From Thalia democratica (Eukaryota), in contig OZ241830.1 in the NCBI GenBank assembly GCA_965202585.1, positions 372,001-436,000 on the forward strand: a stretch of DNA of 64,000 nucleotides, given 5' to 3'. A program made the translations under genes and the position numbers. Shown piece by piece: positions 28,801 to 40,292 of the stretch. The notes beneath the pieces are model-generated. The model saw nothing but the letters and a program-made list of their open reading frames with translations, did no database searches and was not told where the DNA came from. How positions within the stretch are numbered: position 1 is the stretch's first letter; every line of letters starts with the position of its first letter.

Positions 28801-31800
28801 CAAGCAACATTGGAAAGATAACACAGACATAAAAAGATTATCTTTTATTTTCAAAACATTTAACCACATTTTTATATAAAAATAGCTTTCAAGGGCAAAA
28901 TAATGATAGTAAGGTAAAATAAAACCTTGTATAAATATTATCTTAACTTATCTTTAGTAATCAATTTATTGAAAAAAATATATATTCTAACAATCGATAT
29001 AATATAACTTATATAAATGCTATAAAAATATAATTCTAGTGTAAAAACAGCTTTTCATTTTTGTATTATTTTGCTTATGCAAAAAAAAACTTTATTATAT
29101 GTTTTGTAAGTAAAACTGAGATATTATTTCATTTATACTTGTTTTTTTTTTCAGCACTAAATTCAGTTGAGAGCAAGTAGATTATATTATTACGATGACA
29201 TATTAAACACAAGTGTATATAATTAGCCAACAGCAGCATGATTTATTGATTGAATGTCCGTTTACTCTATTCTCTATTTGCTGCTTAAGTTTTAACATGT
29301 TTGTTTGTATTTTCTGAATTCATTTCAAGTAAAAACATATTTCACATCAGTTTTAGTATAAGTACTTATGTTCATACTTTAGTTAAATAAATACTTTATT
29401 TCATTGTACTTGTAATATCTTGTATTACAATATTTTGTAGATATTACAAGTTTTCACTGTTTAATGACAGTTAATTGCAGCTAAAAGTTTATTACTAATT
29501 TCAAATAAAAAAACTTTAAAATATATTTTTCTAGTTTCAATTTAACCACTTTTCATTATGTAAGCTCGCACTTTTACCTTTTCAAATATAGACTCAAAAT
29601 AAAATTTGATTTATATGTTGCCATCTGCTGAGTACAAATTACATTGTTACTTGTGTGTGCTTTTGTACTTAAAATTTGATAAAAATTAATGTTTGCCTTC
29701 TAAATAAAAGATTAAACAAGCAAGTAAAAGCTTTTTTGTCTTGATTGTTTGAACTAGTATGTATAAAGTGAGCTTTCAATAAGAATATTAGCTTTTAGTA
29801 AATAAAATAACCCTGAATTGGTTATTTTATTGATAGTTTAGCGCATGAGTATTTTCTCCTGGCTGAAACGTGGCAAATAGTCACAATTTTGTCAAAAATT
29901 TCCGTTTTAAAACCCACTATCTGCATGACGCTTTAAAAAAAATCCAATTTTTTGGGAAGCTTTTTGAGAGTAAAAACTGATAAATAACAACCAAGACTAC
30001 TATAGGTACAAACATAACATTAAATTTGAAAATAAAAAGGTTCTTCCTAAAATTCAAAGTTCAATAACATAATATTTCTTAAATTAAAAGTAAAAAAGTG
30101 GATTGTAGTTAATTGTCATAAAAAAGGACCTCTACTAACACAGAAATCGAATATAAAAGTTATACAAAAGAATATAAAAGTTTATAGATTTTTTTTAATA
30201 AAGAAGTTTCAAATTCTTGCCGTCACTAACATTAATTTTCAAATTACAAAAATATAAACTTTAATTTTAACTGTAATGCATACAAAATTTAATTTTACTA
30301 AAAACACCATAGCTACTTAAAATTTTCATTTGAAAAAAATGTAATTTATTTTATTTTCAAGCCGAAAGACTTACACTTTTATTCTTAATTTAAGAGGAAT
30401 TTTATTGAAGTGAACAGACACATGCGAAAGCACAACGTAATTTTTGACAGCCGAATCAAAATAATTTGAAATTAATTATTGCGTCGCAGGGCATAAGAAT
30501 TAGAAAGAATTTTTTTAATTCAGGATATTTCGTGAAAGTTCTGATTCAATTACAATGAGCCATTGTCAGTTTATTGTCATTGAAGCTTGTTTGTGTTATA
30601 AAAATAAAATTTTGATAAAAACAGTGGAAATGTTGGTGGATTTCTTAGAACTGTGAAATTAATTATTGGAAAAAATGTTTTTGAAACATATCAATAACAA
30701 AAAAATTCAAGTTCTTTTAATTTTATGGTGGATTTATTTTAATGTAAAGTTTAGCTCAGTTCTTATTGTCAATTCAAATAAATTAAGCTTTTTGAATGTA
30801 AATTTCTCAGAAAGTCAGATCATAAATTAATATGAGAGTTGCAACAATAAAAATAATCAGATTGAGAAATAATAAAACAATAATTTCAAGTTGTCAAAGT
30901 GAGTCAGCATAAATAATTCAGGCAACAATATGTTTTTTGAGATTTTGAAATGAAGTTTATATGTGCATGTTAGTGCAATGTACAGATGTAGATTTATTTA
31001 CCGACAATCAAAACAATGTCAAACAGTGAATTTGCTTGGACTTCAGGGTATAAACACACAAACATCAATTGGTGAAATTTGATGGAATACTTATCTTGAT
31101 TTCAAACTCTCTACACAACAATGGGTCTATTCATAAACTTTTTATAAGAATTATTTGTCATCTACAAATAAAAATATAAACTAAATTTAGTTTTTAGAGT
31201 CAATTTTTTTTTAATACTTTAAAAACCTGACTCATAATAACACAAATTTTAACAAAATTTTAAGTTTTTTTTCTGAGGAAATTTTAATTTAAATTTAATA
31301 TAATATTGTTACTGAAACATTTTATATGTAAATAAGTTTGTTTAGTAGCAGAAGGTAATCACCACCTGAGAGGTGAAAACTTTTTATTTTGTAAATCGCA
31401 ACAACGGTCTACTTGGCAGCTGCCCATTATAAATGTACAAAAGATTCTTTGATCAAAAAATTTTGATATTGTCAGTGATATTACCCTGGCTCACATATGT
31501 TTGGAATTAAGCTCAATCAAAACAAAACACTCACATAATTTGAAGGTAACAGTTCAAAAAATTCAAAAAAAAATTTAATCATGTTGTTCTAATTTCAACA
31601 ACTCACGTTAAATACTTTAGGGCAAAAGTTAACTTATAACAGTTTACAAAAAATATAGTAAAAAGTGTTTAAAATGTTAAAAGTTAATTGAATTTTTAGG
31701 TCAAGTTCTTAACTAAGTCATGTTACTTTCGCGTAACACGATTTAAAGAGTGGATATTTGACAAACATTAAAAACATCCATGTTCTAATGGATATCAACA

Positions 31801-34800
31801 AACAGCAGAAACATGAAATTTAAAATAATTTTTTATCTCCTTTCAAACGTCACACACATAAGCGTGGTAGATATTATCGTAAATTGTTTTTTATTTTAAA
31901 TTTTCATCACTTTTTATGCCATCTGCCAATGGACGCACTTTTTTTTTCCACAGTCTTTCAAAGCCAGAAAAAAAGAAGTGCGTCCATTGGATGAATATAT
32001 TACTATTTGTATAAAATTTTCATGAACAAAAAGTTGTTTGTAACCTTTCAAGAGATTATTGTGCGAATTGCCAAGCCTGTTTTATACTTCTTTTTTCGGC
32101 TTAAAGCGTTTTAAAGCGACGAATGTTAAACACCGAATTGTGAAAACATATACACCTTAAACAACGTTCAACCTTAAGCATGCCTTTTAATTATTTATTA
32201 AAATTTTATTTTTCTAAGCCGAATAGCTGGCATAAGAGCGAGCTTTTAAAAGGTATTTTTCGTCAACCACACTCCAAAGAGGCTGAAAGAAAGTTGATAA
32301 AAACACGAAATGATGTGGAAATATTTTCATAAGAAAAGTTGCATCCTGTTTTATATCATACAACTTGCATCACAACACGACTTTTGAAGGGAAAATCATT
32401 AAAAGGTTGCTTGTGCGTAATAGCAAGATGGCAATACACACACACACGAGCGTTAAGGGAATGTTAAGTGCCGTGCTTCTGGCACAAACATCAATAAAAA
32501 CAATAAGAAGGTGCATATTGTGTGCAATAAAGGCTCACATTATCTTAAAACATGTAAATTTTTACCTCAACTTTTAAACCTAGCTTCCAAGTTCAACCCA
32601 AAGCAATTTTTCAAATACAAAGAACCTTTTTGTCCATGCAAGTTTAGTACAAATATTTTTTGAAAAATTTAAAAAAAAGTATTCAAGATTTTTAATTGGC
32701 ATATGGCTATTTTTCGAAGGACATAATTTAGCCATAATCCAAAATTTTAAGTCCAAGTAAAGCAAAAATAAAATATATTTTCCAGCTGCCTTTAAAAAGC
32801 TACTGATTCGCGCTTTCTTAACAAAAAAAAAACTTCTTTTAAAGCTTTTAAAGTAATTTTTGATAATCATGTTAGTTTAGCGTGTTATTTTCTGTTACAT
32901 GTGCCCAACTAAAAGCAGGCTTACAAGGCAGGAAAGCAGTGCTTATAATCAATTACAAGTGAAAGAAAATCCAATTGAATGTTGTTGGCAAATAGCAGCA
33001 AATATTGTAGAGAATTGAAAACATTTTACTACAGATAATGTGGTCAACCTCAGCCGAGCTACATATCTTACAAATACTATGCACTGAATTACTCAACGTT
33101 TTTACCTTTCAGTTTCTATAAATTGCCTTTTTAATTATTAAAATTCAAAAATTTTGACCTTTAGAGTTTATTAATATAAATTTTCACTTAATTAGCTACT
33201 AAAACTTAAAATTTATATTTTTTTAGCTGCTACAAGTTTAATTTTTATCTCTTTATGTTTAAAACTTTACAGATTACTTTGTTGTGTAAAACCAACAAAT
33301 AATAACCATAAATTTTACATGTTAATTTATGCCACCCTCTTTTAAAAACTAAAAAACCATCCACAAAACTGTTTTTTTGTAACTTTTCACAGAAAATATT
33401 GGTTCTATTTGTTTTTGAACCATAAACAACTTCAATATTAAACAAATGAAAATTATTTATTACATAAATTTGCCGTTGTGTTTTACATGGCATTTATGTA
33501 TGTATTTCTACTAAATAGCAGCATATTATTTATAATTATTTGCTTCTACAAAAACTTCGTGTTCAGAATAGATTGTATTTCAGTGTTTATAATATCATAA
33601 CTACAAATATTGATATGTTTACAAAGTACTCACTATAATTTGTGTGTCTTCTTTTAAGTTTTGCATAAAAACAATACAAATAACAAAATAAATACTATCA
33701 TGTCAGCTTATATGTTTGAACAATTCGCTTGGACTTTTATGTTGTCATCATAATGAGATTAAGGAAAATTTAATATTAAAAAATTATATTACTTAGTAGT
33801 TTTTACAAAAAACATTATACTTATGCACACATTTTTAGAATTAAATTTAAACATAAAACACTTAAATTATTATTTTTTATTTTAAAAAAACTTTATTTAA
33901 ATTTAAATATACATCATTTAAATTAATTTCCTTAATTGTTTAAAACAATTTACTTTTTATACAAACTTCAATCTAACAGTGTGTCAATAATAGGATTATG
34001 GTTTTATAAAGGCTTGTTTTACAACAAATTAAAATTTGTTTGATTTTCGTTTTAACATACAAAAGTTTAAGTTTAATTTATTTTTCATATTAAACTGAAA
34101 TTTAAATATTTTATTATACAATTGATATTAAATGTAAATTTATTGGCATACAAATGCTTCTATTTGTGTAAAATGTAGCTTATTATGTTTAAAAAAAACA
34201 TATCTAAATAACAACTGGATGAAACAATATTTAAATTTATTTTAAAGTGAGAAACTACTGATAACTATTTTTTACAAAATTAAAATCAAGTATAATAAAC
34301 TCTGTGTTATTAAGGTATTCGACTTCAAATTTTCATCTTAGACTTGTATAGCTATTAAAAGTGAATAGTATTTTATAATTCTACTAAGTACATCATATTT
34401 TTCCCTTATTTATTGTGTGTTTTTATGTTTAATTAACTTTTAGTGATATTTAAACAATTCAAGTGCTTCTGTTAACATTGATAATATGAACAAACCTTTT
34501 ACAATGGGTGAGTTTCTTTCACTCCTGCTGTCTTGCACTGACGGAGACTGCCTGGAATCTGGTGAAGTGGCCCACCTGTGTCTCATCCTTGCATCAGAAG
34601 AAGATCTTCCGTGAGTCAAGCTCCTGTGAGGATCTGATCCGTTCCTTGGAGTCGGTGATGAACATGGAGATCTCCGAACAGGCGATTGTGATAACAACTA
34701 TTAATTATTTTTAAATTAAACTTTGTGTTAAAGTTGTGAAATAGTTTACTTTTACTCCAAATTAAATTTATACCTTACAAAACTATTTATTTAAGTTTAA

Positions 34801-34965
34801 CATTATTTCTTAAATACAAAAAAAAATTTAAAGTGCTTAACAAAATATTTGAATCAGATAATTAAACCAGTACAAAATGCTGTAGAATATTTATTATAAA
34901 ACCTGGTAGGGCTGTGTAGCCCGCATTGGCTGGACTCTTCCCATTTTCTGTTTCGGCTTGGACAT
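7723..34965 (-). CDS. FAM117/GLCCI1: FAM117/GLCCI1 family protein (about 402 aa, 10 coding exons)
   Basis: Exons 34903-34965, 34496-34697, 27450-27607, 23777-23854, 20512-20631, 15342-15479, 10818-10905, 9824-9928, 8009-8145, 7723-7842 sum to 1209 nt in frame. Motifs match recalled GLCCI1/FAM117: [92 protein letters not shown]. The FAM117A/B/GLCCI1 paralog cannot be assigned. Confidence 0.92.
8009..8145 (-). CDS. FAM117/GLCCI1: FAM117/GLCCI1 coding exon 9
   Basis: [46 protein letters not shown]. Confidence 0.92.
9824..9928 (-). CDS. FAM117/GLCCI1: FAM117/GLCCI1 coding exon 8
   Basis: Phase 1-1, 105 nt, EVSVSRNASPKVQKE...NNIR. Poorly conserved linker, supported by phase and elevated GC. Confidence 0.72.
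10290..10480. promoter_or_regulatory. CpG-rich intronic module with extended CRE site
   Basis: GCTTTTGTGACGTCATAATAC at 10367-10387 and many CpGs in otherwise AT-rich DNA. Confidence 0.4.
10818..10905 (-). CDS. FAM117/GLCCI1: FAM117/GLCCI1 coding exon 7
   Basis: [35 protein letters not shown]. Confidence 0.92.
15342..15479 (-). CDS. FAM117/GLCCI1: FAM117/GLCCI1 coding exon 6
   Basis: GKQILMNFEPP...RRQNSNEALNKEMIDI...EPR, phase 0-0; similar to FAM117 NSVEGLNQEI. Confidence 0.85.
16300..16420. promoter_or_regulatory. CpG-rich intronic module with two CRE/ATF-type sites
   Basis: TTATGACGTCACAA at 16320-16333 and 16390-16403, flanking a GGATCA-GA-TGATCC palindrome. Function is inferred only. 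Confidence 0.45.
20512..20631 (-). CDS. FAM117/GLCCI1: FAM117/GLCCI1 coding exon 5
   Basis: [19 protein letters not shown]...GNHTALSQLAT, versus GLCCI1 LRQQLQRSKQSS...GNHITISHTQAT. Confidence 0.88.
23777..23854 (-). CDS. FAM117/GLCCI1: FAM117/GLCCI1 coding exon 4
   Basis: TPTDWNSEKQKSQPKIQSRNDKSAKE, phase 0-0; corresponds to GLCCI1 TPSCW...LKE. Confidence 0.8.
27450..27607 (-). CDS. FAM117/GLCCI1: FAM117/GLCCI1 coding exon 3
   Basis: [34 protein letters not shown]...RDKSTQ; the acceptor at 27608-27609 keeps phase 1. Confidence 0.9.
31926..31990. other. 65-nt hairpin (22-bp stem, 21-nt loop) in FAM117 intron 2
   Basis: CCAATGGACGCACTT 31926-31940 pairs perfectly with AAGTGCGTCCATTGG 31976-31990, extended by one G-U and six T-A pairs. 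Confidence 0.8.
34496..34697 (-). CDS. FAM117/GLCCI1: FAM117/GLCCI1 coding exon 2
   Basis: S/P/R-rich LLSQSPVRRSP...SERNSPIVK, phase 0 to 1; ORF track 34440-34697. Confidence 0.85.
34903..34965 (-). CDS. FAM117/GLCCI1: FAM117/GLCCI1 coding exon 1 (ATG)
   Basis: [27 protein letters not shown]; matches GLCCI1 GRLLQPIRATVPYQ. Confidence 0.85.
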
Positions 34966-37900
34966 TTTCACAATTATATTAAAACTATGAATCTACCTGT
35001 TACATGTTTGTTGTCAGTACAAAAAGTAAAACTAAAGCTTTCAATTTAACATGTAACTTAAAAAAAACCTATGTGACATAAAGTTTTGATTAAATTTTCC
35101 CTAGTAAGTTTATATTTCTTATAAATACAAAAAGTAAAACTAAAACCAAAAAGATTTCTCTGAATAAACATTTGCATTAAAATCAATACTTGAACAAGAA
35201 AATTGAAAAGTTAAAATTTAATTGTAAACTTTTATTATAAACAGAACCAGTTTATAATTATTTATAAAAACTAGTTTAAAATATTAGTATTTTAAAACAA
35301 TTAATTCAATCTCTTAATAAATATAAAACACTTTTTTAAAATGTATGAAGAATAAATTTTTCATCTGTGTATTTTGTACACCATGTACTGTTTATACAAT
35401 AAACAATTATTATGAACTGCCCTTCAGTGTTTTATAATATTAATACTTATATAATTTAATTTTATTTAAAACTAAGTGCAATTAGATATTTATCATAAAC
35501 TTAATTACTATTTTGTTCAAAAACAACTTTTTTTGTGGCAATTATTAAATTGCAAAGCTTGAAAGGCACTTATTGATTGAAATAAAGTAGATGAGTACTT
35601 GCAAACTTGTCAGATTAAAAAAAAATGGCAACAACTTTGTTTAATACTCATCATGATTATTAAGTGCACTGAAAAAATGCAGCTTATATTTACTAAAACA
35701 CTGGTAAGCTATTTGGCTTTAAAATACAACTTGTACTTCAACTAGGTTTTGTACAAGCTTTGTAAGCTTCTTAACTTTTTTGTTTAACATATTGTGATTA
35801 ATTGCTGTTGATGATTGTAATACAAGCTGGTTACATTATGTAATACATGACTCTGGCTTTATCAAGTTGATAGCACTGAAACCTTCATTTTTAGTTTGTT
35901 TGTTAAAATATGAAAATATTTATATAAATCATAACTATTAAATAAAACTTTAAATACTATGATAGCTTAGTACTTATTAAAACTTATAGTGTATAACTTT
36001 TTCTATATTTTTGAATAAAACAGAACTTTTTTCAATATAGTAATATAACATATGCACAATTATTTTGAACTTCAAAAGTTTTTGAAAGACAAATGTTGAT
36101 AAATAATAAAACATACAAAAAAAAACTAGTTTTCAATTACTTATAAGTATTTAGTATGTTATATCTATTTAAATATATTCAATTGTAAACAAAATAATTA
36201 TAAAAGTAATGAAAAACAACATTTCAGAAATTCTTAATAGAAAGACATACTTTTACTGCATCAGCAATTGTTTTCTATTGAGTAACAAACTTTCTTAAGT
36301 AACAACTAACTTATTTTTGCTGTAAACACCTTTAATTATTATATGAAGTTGTTTGTGGCCCAATCATATTTAAAAAAACAATTAACAGAGCAAAAAACTA
36401 AATATTGTTTACATAAACATCTAAAATATTTTTTTTGGTATCAAATTTTGTATACTCCTCAATAACTACTTCAACCTCATTATCTTATTTCTATTGCATT
36501 TATTTCGAATTAAACTACTTATATAACTTAAAATAAGGCAATTATAACTGAATTAAAAAAAAATTACTCCCAATACATTTTAGTAAGTAAAAAAGATATT
36601 AGGATTAAGTATTATTATCTTATTTTTTGAATCAAAACTGCGTTACATTATCACAAAATTATATATTTTTACTTTATTTCTAATTGATGCTTTTTTTAAG
36701 AAACATGTTTAAATTTTAAAATCAAAATTATAGTACTTATTAAATAAATAAATTTAAGCTGTTTTGTTAGAGGGTATACTTTTTTTCTGTAACTATATGC
36801 CTTAAACTCACAGTTCTTATTTTGATTTTTGACAAAAATCAAAAACAGTGTTTAATTTTTAACAAAGACTCTAACTAGAAATGACAAAATTACATGTTGA
36901 GTGTTTAATTGTAAACACTAAAGTTTTATTTATAAAGGACTTTAGTTAACTTGTAACAAATATATTCTAAAGATTTTTAATATCTGTTTGTACTGTATTT
37001 GGTTGCATAAAGATTAGTGAATATTTTTAGGTGCCAAATAATGTGCCACCAAAATTTCTATTTAAGTATTTTCTTGGCTGTAAATTTAGGTAAATCAAAT
37101 TTAGTTAACTGTTAGAGGTGCAAGTAAGTCAAAACATAATTAAAGATTTACTTGCTAATAACAAGTGATTTTTACTAAGGGGAGACTGAGTTACTGGTAA
37201 ATTACTAAAACTTACTTGAAAAAATTAACATCATCTTTTGTCATATCGACAAAACAAAAAACTCTAGTACACCTAAGCACATGTTAAGTTTTTGACAACA
37301 AACAAATTATAAATCTAGAAGTTTCCAAGGTTTTGGTATGATTTGTTAAAAAAACTTTATATAATATTTTTTACAAAAACAACTAAAAAAAAAACTTTGT
37401 TAACAATAAAAAATAATGGAGGTTGAGGTTTTTAAGTAGTTTAAATGCAGTAATAGTATTTAAATAAATTAACCCGCTAACTTAGTTATGAATTTTTTAT
37501 GCATGAATTTTTAATAGAATTTTTTTTTGATGTGTCTAACTAAAAACCTATTTTCTAATTTCAATGATATTTTAAAATATTTCTAGAACTTTACTTAACA
37601 AAATAATATTGAGTTAAACTCTGAAATCTTTTACAAATTTATAATCAAACTACAGTTTTAACTTTTTTACTAACTATAAACTCATAATATCTTTTAATAC
37701 TTGCTTTTTGTTATAAAAAAAACTATTATTGTTTTAAATTAAAAATTAAAATCAGTTTAAATTAAATAGGGAAAATACCATTGCTAAATTTATTTTATCC
37801 TGTTGAAATTAAATAGTAATATGAAGACCAAGTTTAAGTTTTTTTAATGGTATAAATTTAGTTATTATATATGGACCCATATATCACAAGACATTTACTT

Positions 37901-40196
37901 TGCAAAGAGAAAAGTGAGACTAATTTTTTACTACAATTGAAGAAGTCTTTACCATTATATTTAAAATTGCTTACTAGATAACAACAAAATACATAGAAAT
38001 TGGTAAAATGATTCTGAATAGTACTGTACTTAATACTTATTGTATTAAATAATATATCAGGGTGCAATTATTTTCAAAAAGGACTACAGGTTCTTTTTTG
38101 TTTATAAATAACCTTCTGTGTTTATCATGGAATATGTAATTTGTAAATTTTTGTGATAACTGGGAAATATAGCTTATAAATACTAGCTTATAACTAAAAA
38201 AACACCATTCTAGCAGCAGAATGAAATAAAAACTTAATATCAATTAAATGATACTATTGAAAACGTTGAAAGCTAGTTGAAAGCTTATATGATTTTCAGG
38301 TAAATATTTATAGTATAGAAACATTTGTGATCACTTTTAAGAGAATTTTGAAAGTCTAGCTTTTTTTATGTATATGTGTCAACCACTGGGTTTTGATCTT
38401 GCAACATTTAACTCGGCTTAATAAATAACAGAATACATAAAGCCCATCTATTTTTAATTTTTATGATAAAATTTATGGGTAAGTAAACTATAAAGTGAAA
38501 TAAAGCTACTAATAACTGTAAGAAAGTATTAACAAATAATAACTTAAAATCACTCTGAGATTTTTTTCTTATACCTTGTTTTCTTTGTTTGTCTTTAAAT
38601 AATTAAGTGTTATATATTAAAGGGACTGAAGTTACACATGATGCTTGACTTTTGCAAAACTTTTTTTGTTGAAGGTGTGAAGTGATTATTGAAAACTTCT
38701 TTAAAAATATTAGTTTAAGTTTTAACTTAGCTACAATGATTTACAGTTTACAATGCTTCTATAAAACTAAAAGACTTTAAACAACCAATAATTGATTAGG
38801 GACTTTAATACACTTTTATAATTAAGTTATATAATTAAACTTTTTTTTTAATTTTAAGCTAAATAGTAAAAGGTTAAGCAACTAAATTAAATATTTAAAA
38901 ATACAAATACATTTACTTATTTATTAACTAATGATTACTTAATTAGCTATTGAAAATACTATCATAATTTTTATAGTAAATAGTTTTTTTTCTGCTTTTT
39001 AAGCTGTAAAAAATCATTAAAATTTTTATTTTGTAAATTATTATTAATCAATAATTTAATATAAGCTTATAATCAAAAAGTTTAATTTTGAACAATACTT
39101 TTAAAATAAAGTTTTTTATGTGAAAAAATATTCTTAAACTTATTTTAAATAGTATAAGTGAAAAAGACAACCCAAAGAACTGAAGGTCCCTTGGCTGAAG
39201 TTTGTTGTGAGAAGCCCTGAAGAAAAGAAATAGTTTTTGATGTGTTTGTAGTAATATGTGTAGTATTCTCCAGTCACTAGAAAAAGAAATTTTTGTGAAA
39301 CCCTCAAGCGGAAATTATTATTGGACAACCTCGGTTCAACCAAGCATGAAATTTGTGGGCTTTTTTTGAAAAAGATCTTTTAGTCATTGACTACTGAAAT
39401 GTTGGCAACCGTTGCTAATAAAAACTTCCAACTTTTTGCAAAGGCATTTGTAGCTTATCGTAGCACAAAAAATGCTTCAGAAAAACTTTTAAATCTTAAA
39501 TAACATATCTAAAATTTTTTTTTATAAACTTGCAATGTTTATTTTATTTTAATTTTTTCTAAACTTTATTTTGTATTCAGTAATTCTTTATTTTTCGTTT
39601 AAAAACCTTAAGCAAAAACTTCATTATAAAAATTTGTGAAATAAACTTAAGATTTTACAAACAAAGTTTAGATATCTTAAAAAATGATTAGTTAAGAAAA
39701 CTTGATTTTACATAAAAATAAAGAATGCAGTACTTTTATACAGTACAGTACAGTTATAGTCTTTTGAATGCGTAATAACTATATGACAACAAATTGTACA
39801 AAGTCATTAAATTTTAAGTTTTAAAACAAACTTAAAAGCAATCAAAGAATAGAGAGAGTTTAGTTGCTATATAAAAAAGGTTTAAGTAAAATTAGTAAAG
39901 GCTATAACTAACTAAAAAAATTATTTAGGGTAGCATTAATCAAAAGAAGCTTAAAAATTAACTGTTTCAATTAAACAATTAAGAACTAAAACTATTTTCT
40001 CCTCATGCTATGTTTCCAATGAAACAAAAGTTTAGAAAAAGCTAATATGTTTTTAGGGCCGTAATAAAGACTATAATTGTTAGTTTTTTATAAGAAAAGC
40101 ATTATTTGGATGGGAACACTATTTAATTATTCTGTAATTAAATTTTTTAACACTTGTAGTTAGTGGCAGGTTTGCCATTTTTGTTCAGTTTATTTG

Positions 40197-40292
40197 CAAA
40201 AACTATGACAATTTTTCCCAACACTAATCGTAATAGTGAAAGTTTAAACCTAACATATTTATTCGATGTTTTCTATTTTTTTTTACCGAAAT
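40197..40292. repeat. About 95-bp dispersed repeat, copy 1 (copy 2 at 43040-43134)
   Basis: AAAACTATGACAATTTTTCCCAA.ACTAATCGTA.TAGTGAA..TTTAAACCTAACATATTT is shared between the two sites. Confidence 0.85.

Noticed and set aside
32580-32870. 96-aa minus-strand ORF
   Set aside because: F/K/L-rich composition typical of AT-rich non-coding or TE-remnant DNA; no domain.
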